Positions 13,323-26,248 of a DNA stretch of 64,000 nt are shown here, in pieces. Position 1 is the first letter of the stretch, and each line of letters begins with the position of its first letter. Source of the stretch: Lytechinus pictus. Lineage: Eukaryota. Made by a program: the position numbers and the translations under genes. The notes below the pieces were generated by a model that worked only from the letters and a program-made list of their open reading frames with translations, did no database searches and was not told the origin of the DNA. The stretch covers positions 18,912,001 to 18,976,000 of the forward strand of contig NC_087252.1 of assembly GCF_037042905.1 (NCBI RefSeq), read 5' to 3'.

Positions 13323-14209
13323 GTAAGCTTGAACGGAACATAAATTATCATTCTAGATTTTGGCAATGGAAATTTAAACCTTCGGCATGTTATTCATTGG
13401 TAAACAAGAAACATCGTGATTATTCTATTAACAGAAATGGAAGCCATGGCCTTACGCATCGTGGAAACAACCCAATCACACTTATTTTTTCAGTGAAAAT
13501 AGTCATAGACGGGTCCACATATGGTTAGACCCGGAACAAATTGCAACAAAAGGGTTTTCAACTGTTTCTAGCAGTATTTAACATCATGAATTACATACTA
13601 AAAATCTATTATAATCCGCACCAAGGAAAGTAGTTATTTTTAAAGATGGCGTCCAAGATGGTCGCTATTCACTAAAAAGTGGGCAGAACTCATTCATTAT
13701 TCACCCTAGAATCCTGTTTCAGTTCATATTCCATGGTCCACGTAAAATAATTTGTTGATACAGGTAGAGCGAATATAACCACTCTGGGGTACCCGGAAAA
13801 TCTCAAATGGCGCCCGGGAAAAGTTACAAGGGCAGCCAGTGGTCTGGTGTGTCCAAAAATCCAAGGTGGCTCCAAAAAAATTAGTTTAAAATGGTTGTTG
13901 ATTCTTAAAATGGACATAGCTCATTTCATATCTGTTACATATGATATCAGTTGGCTTTCCATAGTCTCATAATAATATGTGTATTGCGTATATTATGTGA
14001 CAGTCACTCTGCGAATAAAAATGAAGACATGAACATGTACAATAATTATCTCTGAATATTTTGTAGACAGCGAACCCCCAAAATACCCAACAATTGGCGA
14101 TGAGATGTGTGTTTTGTAAGCAAAGAATATCAGAGCAACAATGAAGGCCAGTAAAGAGTCGGTTTTAGGGCAGATTTTGACTGATAATTGCATCAGGTAT
14201 TCAGGTATG

Positions 14210-15085
14210 ATGTCTCTGAGGACTTGCTATTTTGTTATTTTGAACGTTTCGGATTGTATCTGACAGCGAGTGGCTTGACAGTACATCACGCACCGTCAGT
14301 GAGTGGGAGCGAGAACTAAGTAGATCACGGGGATGACAAGAGAGTATTTGCCCTGTTATTGAACGCTATCTGGGCTCGCTACTACGGGATTGTTAATAAT
14401 TTGGTATCTTCGGGAAAACCAAGGGATAAGTCATATGTGCAGCTAAAGCAAATAATGCGAAAGCATTTCAAACGTACACCAGTCACCGGAGCTGAAAGGC
14501 ACAAGTTTATTCGGTGAAACAAAGAGACATTCTATTCAGAGCGGCTAACGCCTCGTTCAATAGAGCATATTTATTTTACCTCATGCAAATTCTCGCACCT
14601 CCGCACTCATGCCTATTCGCTATTTGTGTATTGACAAATCTAGGTGGGGTGTGATATTTTCTACCGTAGATCGAGCGCACGCTTACGACCAGTTAGAGTT
14701 GGATGAGGGGTCTAAGAAGTTCCTAGTAGTATATACATATAAGGGGGTACTTCAACAGAATCGCCTGGAATTTGGTATTACTAGTGCACCAGTTATTTGA
14801 CAGAGTACTATTGAACAGGTACTACAGGGGATACCTGGGGTACAAGTATACTTAGATGATAAATTGGTAACTGGGCGTACTATTGAAGAGCATCATGCCA
14901 ATTTGGATAAGGTTCTCATACGTCTTGAAGAGCGTAACCTTACATTGAGGAAAATGAAATGTAAGTTTGCTCAGCCATCAGTAGAGTCTTTAGGTCATGT
15001 CATAGATGCAAACGGAGTTCATACCGTAGGAGAGAAAGTACAGAAAATAGAGAATATTCCTAAACCAGAAGATCTGTCACAGTAA
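14210..15085 (+). pseudogene. Gypsy gag and reverse transcriptase remnants
   Basis: gag-like YFERF...LLNAI...KPRDKSY...HFK...ERHKF; RT motifs FGITSAP, YLDD and LGHVI; stops and deletions present. Confidence 0.9.
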
Positions 15086-15216
15086 TACCTTGGTCAAATT
15101 TGCTCTACGGCGGCCATACGGCGAGTCGAAAACAGCCGTTTTATTAATTTTAATTCAAACCACCTATATGCAGCTGGTACAAAAATGTTAAAATTGGTGT
15201 TTTCGACTCGCCGCGG
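15086..15216. mobile_element. Palindromic MITE with truncated right arm
   Basis: cggcgagtcgaaaaca ... tgttttcgactcgccg inverted pair; interrupts Gypsy pol. Confidence 0.6.
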
Positions 15217-18200
15217 CACAGTGGGCCAGAATGAGTTGAAAGTGCGACAAAATTATATTTTGTGTTATATTTTTACTTTGACATGTTGATTAAGGGTGAT
15301 TTTGGGCGTAAATCGACTGAACATAATTTAAAGCCGATATGACGTCACTTTCATACCAAAGTTTTGATTGGCTACTTAAAACCTATCTGTGAAAAGACAA
15401 ATGACCATAAACAATGTGCAGTATATAAACTTTGTGTTATGTGTTACTTTAATTACATTTTCTGTTCAGGGTTTTGACAGTTCAGGATTTTGAAAATAAG
15501 CCAAAATTATTCTAATTTTTCTGAAATAATGTTTTTAAATTCAATTCATATGGAAATTCAGTTTTGCTTGCCCAGAAAAGCTAGTGGAATTGAAACATTT
15601 AAAATTGAGAACCAAAGTATTATCATGTGTGGTCAATGATACTGACACAGAAACAGGTTTTTTTATTCTTTATGTCTCACTGAGTACCTCAGTTTTTCTT
15701 CATTGCATTTTTCTCAAGTATATTCACAACATATTTTTTTTATTGAATAAGGGCAAAAATATAATCAAGTAGTGCAACAAATCATGTGTATTTATGTTTG
15801 CTGGTATTAATGTTCTTAGCAGACAGAGAACATAATTCTTTTGCCACTGCTAGTCACTTTGTAGTAAATAAGAATAAATTAATTGACAGAGTCAACATGA
15901 AAATTATATATTGGAAGCCAAAATTATATTTTCTGTTCAGGGTTTTGACAGTTCAGGATTTTGACAATAAGCCATAATCATTTATTTTTTTTCTAAAATC
16001 ATGTTTTTAAATTCAATTCATCGGGACATTCATTTTTCCTTGCCCAGAAAAGCTAGTTGAATTGAAACGTATAAAATTGTGAACCAAAGTATTATCATGT
16101 GTGGTCAATGATACTGACACAGAAACATAACTTTTTTCTTTACATCTCACTGAGTACTTCAGTTTTTCTTCATTGAATTTTTCTCAAGTATATTTACAGC
16201 ATATTTCTATTGAAATAAGGGCAAAATATAATCAAGTAGTGCAAACCATGTGTTTTTGATAAGAATATTTGCTTGTATTAATATTTTTAGCTGACAAACT
16301 ACAACATTATATTGTCACGGCTAGTCACTTTGTAGTAAATAAGAATTGATTGACAGAGTCAACTTGTAAATTGTATATTGGAAGCCATGACAGTTCATGC
16401 GAAACTTTAAGCAAGAACAAAAAGGATTCACTTGTTTTATGTTTATTGCAATTTGCGACTAGCATATTCTCCAACCATTGCGGGGAAAAATACCTCAGCA
16501 GCATATAATTAGTATACACAGTTATATCCTAGCTTCTGAAGTTTGATTTATTCATTTTTTGCATGCTTATTAATCATTGTAATATTTCTAGATTGAGCAA
16601 GAACATTGTGATATCTTGAAATAAACATTGTCATTTCATCTTAGATACAATGTACATGTCTTTTTTTGAATGAATCGATAGTTTATCCAAACACTTGGCT
16701 GGTAAAGCTATCCATTGTATTCTCAATCTTCTTTACCACTGTGCATTGCATGTCATTAAGACGAATTAAGCAAGTTGCTATAGGCTGTTCTTTGTGGAAG
16801 CTTGATGTAATTATAGTATTTATCCTGCGGTGCAAGTACGCTACCGGATTATATTCTGTCTCTTTTTGTAAAGTGGTTATGGCCAAATCAGTGGCACGTA
16901 TCTTGCTACTTGTTTTCACATTTTTAATGATCCACATACATACATTCCAACCTGTTACGTTCTACACAAAAGTTATGACATTTACAGAAAAAAGAATATG
17001 CTTTTCATTTGTTATGCAGACAAACTGTTTTACAAGTTACGTAACTCCTGTTGCCATTATCACATTTGGATGATTATGCAATCGTTGTTAACAATAGAGT
17101 AAATAAACACGGTGGCGGCGTAGCTTTATATGTTAGAAATAATCTCCAATTTAAAGTAATAAACGATTTGACATGCATGACAGAAACAATTGAATGCATT
17201 TTCATTGAAATTATAATTGCATCAGGAAAAAATGTACTTGTTGGTGAAATTTATAGACCGCCTAACGGTAACATAACTGATTTTACAGACATATTGTATT
17301 CGTTTTCTGATTCACCCTATTTTCAGAACATTGCTTTATAATGGGTGATTTTAATATCGATCTGCTTCACTACCACGAAACGCCAGCTTGCCAGGAACAT
17401 CACTAAGCCAACTCGCATTTTTGGTGCTACTACGACGCTTATTGATAATGTTTTCACAAACATCCACGGTTATTTAGACACGGGTATAATAGTATCAGAT
17501 TTAACAGACCACTTCCCTGTATTTGTTTCTTCTCCCCACATATTTAATACTAACCAAAACTATTCAAAATTTCGAGGTTCAAGAAGAATGTCAGAACAAA
17601 ATACTGTTCGTTTCAAGGAATGCTTGTCTCAAGTTGACTGGTCCACAATACTGAATACAACTGATGCAAACCAAGCTTATGATGAATTTCTAAATATTAT
17701 TCTACCTTTATTTGACCATTATTTTCCAGTAAGAACATTATCCAAATCGAATTATAAAAAAGTACCACGCTCTCCCTGGATCACACGGTCTCTACTTAAA
17801 TCAATAAACAATAAAAATAAACTATACTATAAATATAAATCTACAGGCACAGATGACGCTAAATCTAGATATTCAATTTATAGAAATACCCTAACATATG
17901 TGCTGAGACAAGCTAAAAGAAATAATTTTTTATCTTTATTTGAAACTCATAAAAAAGATACAAGGTCAACCTGGAAAGTGATCAATCAAGTTTTTAAGAA
18001 GGAAGGATCGAAAAAGAATATTAATAGGATCGTCCAACAAAATAAGGAAATTACAGATGATGCAGATATTGCCGAAGCATTCAATTCTTTCTTTGTAAAC
18101 ATCGGCCCAAATTTGGCTAATACTATACCTAATAGTAGCAAACCCTTTTATTCTTTTTTGCCAAACCGAAATCCTCGAACCATATTCTTTTCACCTGTTT

Positions 18201-20916
18201 CTGAACACGAAATTATAGAAATAGTTAAAAATCTACCGGCGAAAAAAGTTCTGGTTTTGATGGTATTTCTTATGATTTTCTCATTAAAATTATTCATTAA
18301 ATCGTGATGCCCTTGACGCACATATACAATCTTTCTCTAGAGTGTGGTATTGTCCCTAACAAAATGAAGGTTGTTAAAGTTATACCTATCCATAAAAAAG
18401 GTTCAGAGGATGAATTGGGTAATTATCGCCCTATTTCCCTGCTGACTACTTTCTCCAAAATTATAGAAAAAACAGTAAATTCTCGTACAATAAAATTTTT
18501 TACGAATTGTAATGTTTTTATTAACTCACAATTTGGCTTTCGTAAAAAGCATTCAACAGTTCATGCAATAATGTTATTAATCGATAAAGTTACCAAGGCA
18601 ATTGATAAAAAATATCATGTTGCTGGTATTTTTCTGGACTTCTCCAAGGCCTTTGACACGATCAACCATGAAATACTTTTATACAAACTTTCTCATTATG
18701 GAATTCGTGGAAAGGCCTTGGAGTGGTTCAGAAGTTACCTTATAAACAGAACTCAATTTGTAGTCATTAATAACTCAAATTCTGAAATACAGCACATTGC
18801 ATGTGGCGTGCCTCAGGGTTCCCTTTTGGGTCCATTGCTATTTACTTTATACATCAATGATATCCAAAACTCGTCCTCTTTATTATCATTTCTTCTTTTC
18901 GCAAATGGCACGAGCTTATTTTTTACACACAGCAATCCTCAAATCCTTCTTGAAAGACTAAATGTTGAATTATGCTCTGTGTGTGATTGGATACAAGCTA
19001 ATAAATTATCCCTAAATTTTATTAAAAGACACATTTTTGGTTTTTAGCAACTCATTACACACATTGCCAGGTCTTGTTTATATGAATGGTAATGTTTTAG
19101 AACAAATTGAATCAACAACATTTCTTGGTATCTTTATTGATTGTAAATTATCATGGAAAGTTCACATTGATCACCTTTGTAAATTGCTCTCAAGAAATCT
19201 TGGAGTCATTAATAAACTTAAACCTCATTTTCCTCATCACATTTTGAAATTATTGTATTCTACTCTATTGTTACCATATCTGAATAATGGAATTTTAGCC
19301 TGGGGAAATGCCTCTAAGACAAAACTTGAATCCATACTTAAAATTTAAAAAAGAGCCGTGATGATAATTTCTTCTTCTGACTTTCTGGCTCATACTAATC
19401 CGCTATTTTATTCAAACAAGTTATTGAAAGTAACCGATTTATATTATTATTTTGTTGGTATATTTATCAACTAAATAGACAGAAATTACCAAGTGTATTC
19501 TCTGATTTGCTTGTTCAAAATCAAGAAATCCATTCCTACCCAACTCGACAAGTACACAATTTCCACATTTCCCCAGTGCGCACTGTTCTTGCCCTTAACT
19601 CATTTACTTTTACAGGGCCTTCCTTTTGGAATAATTTAGACACCCATATAATTGAGGCGCCCTCTTTATATTCTTTTAAATGTAGGCTGAAAATATTTCT
19701 TTTACAATCGTACGCTAGTGGGTAAGCGCCTTGCTCGAGTGACTATCATGTAGAACTCTTTATAATGTATTATTTTTCTATATTTGATTTATCTCGCTTC
19801 ATTGCGTTAGGATTTTTTAATCCTTGATTATTTTCTTCTGGGAACCTATATGTCTACAAGCTTTGCTTTTTGATAGGTACTCATATTTCACGATATTGTA
19901 TTTCTTTGTAAAACACTACAACTATGTATTTTTGTCATCTTCTCATAATTATGTTCAAGATGTATGTTTTTGTGGAATGTGAAACAATAAATCAAATCAA
20001 ATCAAAAAAAGTGTGTATGAGATCCTGAATATAATTTCATGGCATCAAAATGATCGTTAGATTAAACAAATACTTTAAAATCTGAAAAATATTAACCGTG
20101 TTTTATCAAGCGGTGTAGACTTGGGTAAAACGCTGAATATATAACACCACGAATGTTTTACTATGAGGAGGGTTTTGGGGTGAAATCATTCTACAAGTAA
20201 CTTTGATTTTTGTAAGAGGGGCGGGTAGCCCTTATATGCGTTATCAATCTTCATTTTGTTTACATTATGCCCGGAATTCATGGCATTTTCATGGAATGGA
20301 AGGGGAATCGTCCTCGCCATGCAAAAATGAACGGCATTATGTACACCCCACACGGTGCGCTGCGATGACTGCGCGGTAAAAAAAATTAACAGGTTTTGTG
20401 GGTGTTGTGTCAAGTAAAATTGGCTCTAAAATAAAAACGGGAAGCTAAATTTGGTATCGACTTAAAGCTTAGATATCGAGCAAAATGATAATAATATAAT
20501 TGAAACGGAAATCCAAATGTTTCTAATGTAAATGCAAAAAACATGGATTATCAGCCTATTTCGAGGAATAATTATCCTATAAACCTCCTGAAATGTGTTT
20601 TTTATCTACTTTGAACCCTTTCACACGAAAAAAATATATCAGGATTATGTGGCTGCCATTTTAGATTCCTACATGAAAAACTTTCTGTGAAATGGCTTGT
20701 TTTTCAACGATTTGTCATATTCGCGGCATTTGGCAAAATGTCACATTTTACGATTTGAGGTAAGAAATTAACAACCTTTATGCAAATTCCCGAATGAAAT
20801 ATTTTGCTGAAGTATTCTTCAAAGAGTTGTCTTTCAGCTGGGCATGACAAAAATTAAAAATCTGAAATTGCCCAAATGACTTATGGCGCACTTTTGTTTC
20901 GCCCCGGTCCACTGTG
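15217..20916. mobile_element. Non-autonomous Transib/RAG-like element with CACAGTG termini
   Basis: Left end CACAGTGGgccagaatgagttgAAAGTGCG; right end (reverse complement) CACAGTGGaccggggcgaaacaAAAGTGCG; GC-rich flanks CGCGG and CGACG (not identical); internal approximately 470-bp direct duplication at about 15457-16390. Confidence 0.7.
17051..20010 (+). mobile_element. 5'-truncated CR1/L2-group LINE with disrupted ORF2 (APE endonuclease + RT)
   Basis: GGGVALYV, YRPP, NYRPISLL, QFGFR, DFSKAFD and GVPQGS motifs; catalytic FADD mutated to FANG; several frameshifts; AATAAA followed by an (AATCA)n tail at about 19986-20005. Confidence 0.95.
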
Positions 20917-20939
20917 CGACGTCATCCGTGGCATAACAA

Positions 20940-21125
20940 TTGAAATATGGCTGTACTTGTTTAGGGGTTCAATTAAGAGAATACCTGTCAAGAGGTTCCC
21001 ATGCCAATACGTGTTAAGGGGTGCATTTTCAGAATATGGAAAAGACGTGTTTAGAGTGCTTTTTGAGACCCCGTGGTCGCGCATGGTATCCACTCGTCAA
21101 TGGAAATGACCCCCCCCCCCCCGGG
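20940..21125 (-). mobile_element. End fragment of a DNA-type repeat terminating in CCCGGG(G)n; related to 62700-62880
   Basis: Reverse complement is similar to cgaccatggggtttcgaaaagtaccctaaa...gaaaatgcatc at 62708; both ORF-track entries contain DHGVSKSTL. Confidence 0.55.
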
Positions 21126-21126
21126 C

Positions 21127-21383
21127 CACAAACCCAACTTGACACATTTTTACTGGCCTATCGGAGGGTTAGGCATGCTGTCACAGGTAAAGTACCAGCT
21201 GTTATCTTCATGAAGAGACAACATCGTATCCAGTTGGATAATTTGCGTCCAAATGTAGAGCGTAGAAATGCAGACCGACTGCATCGGCAAGCACAGTACC
21301 GAGATAAACATGGTTCAGTACGTAGACAAGCTACGCAAGTTTGCAGTAGGAGACTCAGTACTTTTTATGTTTCCAACAGATAA
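21127..21383 (+). pseudogene. Gypsy integrase C-terminal remnant
   Basis: LDTFLLAYRRVRHAVTGKVPAVIFMKR...LDNLRP matches the Gypsy IN YR-TPH-TG-P motif. Confidence 0.8.
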
Positions 21384-24300
21384 CAGAAACATAGGATACT
21401 AAGCCATATTTTATGTCAATATAAGTATGTTTTTTGGATATAGAAAGATATATTGTTGTGTTTTATGCAAAATTTGATTAACATATGTTGGAATCAAAAA
21501 CATGTGTCATGTCAAGACTATTGTGTTTGACTGTAACACTAATTGGTAAATAACATGGATTTAAACATGTTATTATAATTATTTCAGTTTTAAAAACTGC
21601 AGGCTTTTTTACAGAACAAAAACAAGCACACATATTCAGTTGGTATGTATTTGGATCAAAAGACATCATGAGATTGTGAATTATTTATACCTTTACAGAA
21701 AAAAAATCATAAACCTAATTATGGCAAGATTTTGAAATCTTGACAGTTGTGTTTTATACAGTAATTTAAAAGGGTTAGTTATTACCTGTACTACATGCTC
21801 AGTTTTATCGTTGTTATACCAGTTAACAATTGTTTTGGAGTGACAAGATTATTTATTGTAAGAATGAGCAGCAGTGTATGGTATGCACATAAACCAGTTA
21901 CAAAGTTGAGGTAACTTTAAAATTACCGTGGGGGGGGGGGGGTCTGTTAGATATGATATCAGTTGCCTTTCCATTCTCTCATAATGATATATGTATTGCG
22001 TATACATGTGTCAGCCATTCTGCGAAAAAAACATGAAGACATGAAGATGTACCAGAATTGGCTCTGACTTTGCTGTAGGCAACGAACCCCCAAAACCCAA
22101 CAACATCCACACTGCATATGTGATTTTGGTGTTTATACAATGGTTTCAATGGTCAAAAAATACATTGGAACAATCAAGTTACAAGGACAGCCAGTAGTCC
22201 TGTATATTCAAAAATCCAAGATGGCTTCCAAAAATGGGGTCTTAATGAATGCGGCTGCTGCTTAATAAAACCCCGACATAGTTTGTTTAATATCCAGGAA
22301 TATGGTTTTTGTGCATATACCATGATTAAATGGGTAAAATAATACATAGAGTAAGTTACAAGGTCATTCGATGGTCAACTTTGTTCAAAAGTCCACGGTG
22401 GCTTCAAAAACTGAGTATAAAACAGCCGCTGTTATTTACGAATGGACATAGGTCATGTAATATCCGTCAACGGCATATAGTTTTGATGTCTTAACCATGG
22501 TTTTAAAAGTCAGAAAATTTGTTACAAGGACAGTCTGTAGTCCAGTATGTGGCAAAAACCAAGATAGCTTCCAAAAATCGGAGTCTAAAATGACTGCTGT
22601 TACTAAAAACATTAACATAGTTCATTTCAAATCCACCAAGGAGATATGATTTCGGTGTCCACACTATGGTTTCATGGTTCAAATAATACGTTTGGACTAG
22701 TTACAATGATATGCAATTGTCTGCTTTGCCTAATAATCCAAGAGGGTTTTCAGAATGGCATCTAAAACGATTCAATAATGGTCAGAGTTCATACATTATC
22801 AATCTGTGAGAAATACTTTCGGTTCTGGACTGTGGTTTGAAGGGTCAAATAATACATTCGGACAAGTAACAAGAATAGTTTTCAATTTTGTCAAAGAATC
22901 CAATGTAGATTGTACAATTTCATCAAAATAGGTGTTGTTACCAACTCATGAAACAATATAGCTTTCCCCCTGCATGAGGATATTCTCTGAACGAACTGTA
23001 TATCATTGTAACCAGTCCCAAACTATTTTTGACGCTTGGAATTTGAAACCCTAATGTAGACATCTGCTTTTAAGTAACAACAGTCAATTTAGACCTTGTT
23101 TTTGGAAGCCGTCTTGGATTTTCTAACATACCAGACCACTGACTGTTCTTATAACTTGCCCAAGTGTATTACTTTACCCTTTAAACAATAGTTTAGACAC
23201 CAAACTCATATTCCCCAGACAGATATTGAACCAAATATGTCCATTTATAAGTAACATCAAACGATATTTCACTCAATTTTTTAAAATCCATCTTGGAACT
23301 TTGGACATACTAGACCACTGACTGTCATTGTAAATTGTCCTTATCTATAGTTTGATAATTGAAACCATAACAAAATATAGAATGAGTTATGCAACTTTTA
23401 AGTATCAGCAGCCATATCAAAGTCAATTTCAGGAAGCCATATTGGATTTTTTGACAACCGAGACCACTGATTGTCCTTATAACTTGTCCAAATGTATTAT
23501 TTTACTCTTCAGACCAGAGGTTTCGATTCCAAAATCGAATCTCCCAGGCCGAAATGAAATAAGCTATATTCGCTTTATGTATCAGCAGCCAAGTTAGAAT
23601 AAATTTTGGGGAGCCATATTGGATTTTTTTGACAAACATGTACCAGACCACCGACTGTCCTTGTAACTTGTCCAAAAGTAACATTTCACTCATTTAACCA
23701 TGGTATAGTCACATAAATCATGTTCCTGGATATTGAGTAAACTACTTCGGTATTCTTTTAAGTAGCAACAGCAATTTTACTCTTAATCTTTGGAAGCCAT
23801 CTTGGATTTTTGAACATAGAGGACAACTGTCTGTCCTTTTAACTTGTCCCAATGTAATTTAGCTATCGGAACCATGGTGTAGACACCAAAATTATATCTC
23901 CATGGCGGATAAGAAAATCAACTATGTCTAATTTAAGTATCAACAGCAATTTAAAACTCGCATTTTTGGAACCCATCTTGGGTTTTTGGACCCATCAGAC
24001 CACTGACTGTCCTTGTAAGTTGTTTCAATGTTCTACTTCACCCTTAAAACCATTGAATAGAAACCAAATTAAAGTTACTTAAATAAGTAATAGATGAATT
24101 GTGGATGTTTAGCTTACAGCAATTAGGGCGCCATCTTGGATTTTACAGGTACCCAGGAATGCTTATATTCACCCTAGCCTGTATGAACAAATTCTTTTAC
24201 CCCATGGACAATGGAATGTGAATCGAAATAGGATTATAGCGTGGATAATGAGTGCATTGTATCTATTTACAGTGAATGGCGGCCATCTTGAAAAAAATCA

Positions 24301-24917
24301 ATTTTCCGGAAGCGGATTTTGGTAGATTTTTAGTACGTTATTCCTGACGTGAAATATTATCAAAAACCGTTGGAAAACCATTTGTTGCAATTTGTTCTGG
24401 GTAAGTGTATTTTGGTATAGGGACCCGTCTATCAATCACAATGCACGTATCCAGTGTCAAAACAGCCCTCCCTGTTCAACCTTTAAAATTCGGAAAAAGT
24501 TATTATAATAAATCGCCATTTGATAAGCTTATTCGCTCTCTCGCTAGACTGCTTATTTGAAAAAGAAAAGTGTTATTACGCTTCCCTCACGCATAGAAAC
24601 ATATAGGTGTTATGAGTTTAATCAGAATGGAACTATTATTATTATCATATTACTAAAAAATCTAAAAAATTATATAATATTTTTTTGTTCGATAAATTAG
24701 ATATCTTTGAAATAATTATGAATTGGAGAAAGAATACAGATATTGATATCGTTTATAAATGTTTCGCCACAATTGTTTTTTTTTTATTTATCAGGGTAGC
24801 CCGATCAGCAGAAACACTTTTTTTCATTAAAGCTCTTGCGATATAAAGCCTATGTCCACCTACTTCCAACATATTATTGATTCTCGTATTTATATACATG
24901 TCTTGCTCTTTTGGCAG

Positions 24918-25190
24918 AATTTCGGGAAGCCGTATTGACCGAGGTTTCTTCTTTTGATCTTGAACATATATTAAGAGGGATTGGCAAAGAAGATAATATT
25001 TCCATGTTCCTTGAAAGCCTCGGGATAGATCCAACTCAAAACACTAATGAAGGGGGACTAGACTTCTTGAAGGGAGCCCAGGATAAACTAGACAAATGGG
25101 CGAAAGAAACAAGAGACATCAATCCAGTGATAATCCTAAGTTCTACATTGGAGAAATTGAATCATACTTCCGCTAATAATTTTTTTCAAG
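24918..25190 (+). CDS. Multi-death-domain-like protein, exon 2 (phase 1-1, 91 codons)
   Basis: Acceptor ctcttttggcag, donor CAAG|gtatgc; FLESLGI...KLDKWAKE...LSSTLEKLN. Confidence 0.8.
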
Positions 25191-25957
25191 GTATGCGTTT
25201 CCCGAAAAAAAACATGTCTAATATTGGTATTTGTTTAAAATTTAACGCTTAATTACCGGCATGAGTTGCTCATATGGATAATTAAGCATAGCTCTCGTGT
25301 TTCTTTCTGGAAGATATTATGTAATTGCTGAGAAATATGCAAAATAAGCGCGGATTCGGTCACTTCCGTCGGGTCTTTATTCCAGCAATAATAATGCACT
25401 GTCCCACGTGTGCCTATCTGTGTTGGTGATCTTCAGTGTGAACATTTTTCAGCGTAGATTTCAAGATTTCACAAAGTTCAGTTTGTGTAACTGTACCAGA
25501 TCTAGATCCTCGATGATATACTGACAGTTAAGCCTGGTTTTACAGACTTTCTCATGAAATCAATGTTTACTGCAACTACTGGCATTTCTCTTTAACCGTT
25601 ACATATAAGATAATTATGTTTTTATGGATAGAAACTTCCATGGCTATTTGAAAAAGCTCATGCTATTGCAACAATATATTAAAGAGAACCAAGACATTGG
25701 ACCTCCCTTTATAAATCGTTAACAGGGTTTCTAATGAGTATCAGCATAGGTAGCAAAACATCTTTTTAGAAAAAGGCAAATTAACTATAATTTTTCCATT
25801 GAATCTATTGAATACACAACTGAGATGGGGCGTTACGAAATTACGTTTCGTTAATTGTATAGGTAATGTCATTCGACAATGCCTAAACCATATGGAGCAT
25901 CTAAAACATGTTTGAATGGCGAGCGATTGATGGTATGATTTTGTTTACATTTTCCAG

Positions 25958-26248
25958 TCAATGATGAGAAAAAAATCAATCTGCGAGACAATGAGATCGA
26001 AATATATGCCCGAAAATACACACGGAACCACTACAATAAAGTAAGTACGCTTATCCAACATTGTCCATTCCTTGGCAAAGTCGTTAGAGAAAACAATGAT
26101 TATCTGTTAAATACTGAGAATATGCTTCATGATTGGTGGACAGAGCAGCAGTGCAATTATTACAGAAGGAGATGTATACTCGATGAGACATTACCTGAGC
26201 AAAAACTCCTGGCAGATACCAAGCCCTCAAGCCTTCGAACAGGCCCAG
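25958..26248 (+). CDS. Multi-death-domain-like protein, exon 3 (phase 1-1, 97 codons)
   Basis: Acceptor acattttccag, donor CAG|gtaaga; open frame includes NMLHDWW. Confidence 0.75.

Larger units (their letters stand above)
13933..22102 (+). mobile_element. Degenerate Ty3/Gypsy LTR retrotransposon (LTRs 13933-14092 and 21945-22102)
   Basis: Two diverged approximately 160-bp TG..CA LTRs, PBS tggcgatgag after the 5' LTR, poly-G PPT before the 3' LTR, TSD atatc/acatc, and gag/RT/IN remnants. Confidence 0.9.
13506..24431. mobile_element. Non-autonomous Academ-like DNA transposon (TAG...CTA termini, 3-bp TSD TCA) carrying nested insertions
   Basis: tca|TAGACGGGTCC at 13506 and GGACCCGTCTA|tca at 24431; long imperfect TIR; about 120-bp internal repeats, direct at 22140-22900 and inverted at 23040-24070. 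Confidence 0.8.

Noticed and set aside
16390..17050. Transib/RAG transposase remnant inside the CACAGTG element
   Set aside because: No recognisable RAG/Transib motifs; the minus strand instead shows a decayed LINE C-terminus (W..LP...TIDSFKKR across a frameshift)
17051..19725. Functional host reverse transcriptase gene
   Set aside because: Frameshifts, stops and loss of the catalytic DD; an ordinary LINE copy
20349..20362. Alternative right end CACGGTG|cgctg for the Transib-like element
   Set aside because: The flank matches the left flank at 4/5 positions, but there is no TIR similarity beyond the heptamer; the 20916 end matches much better
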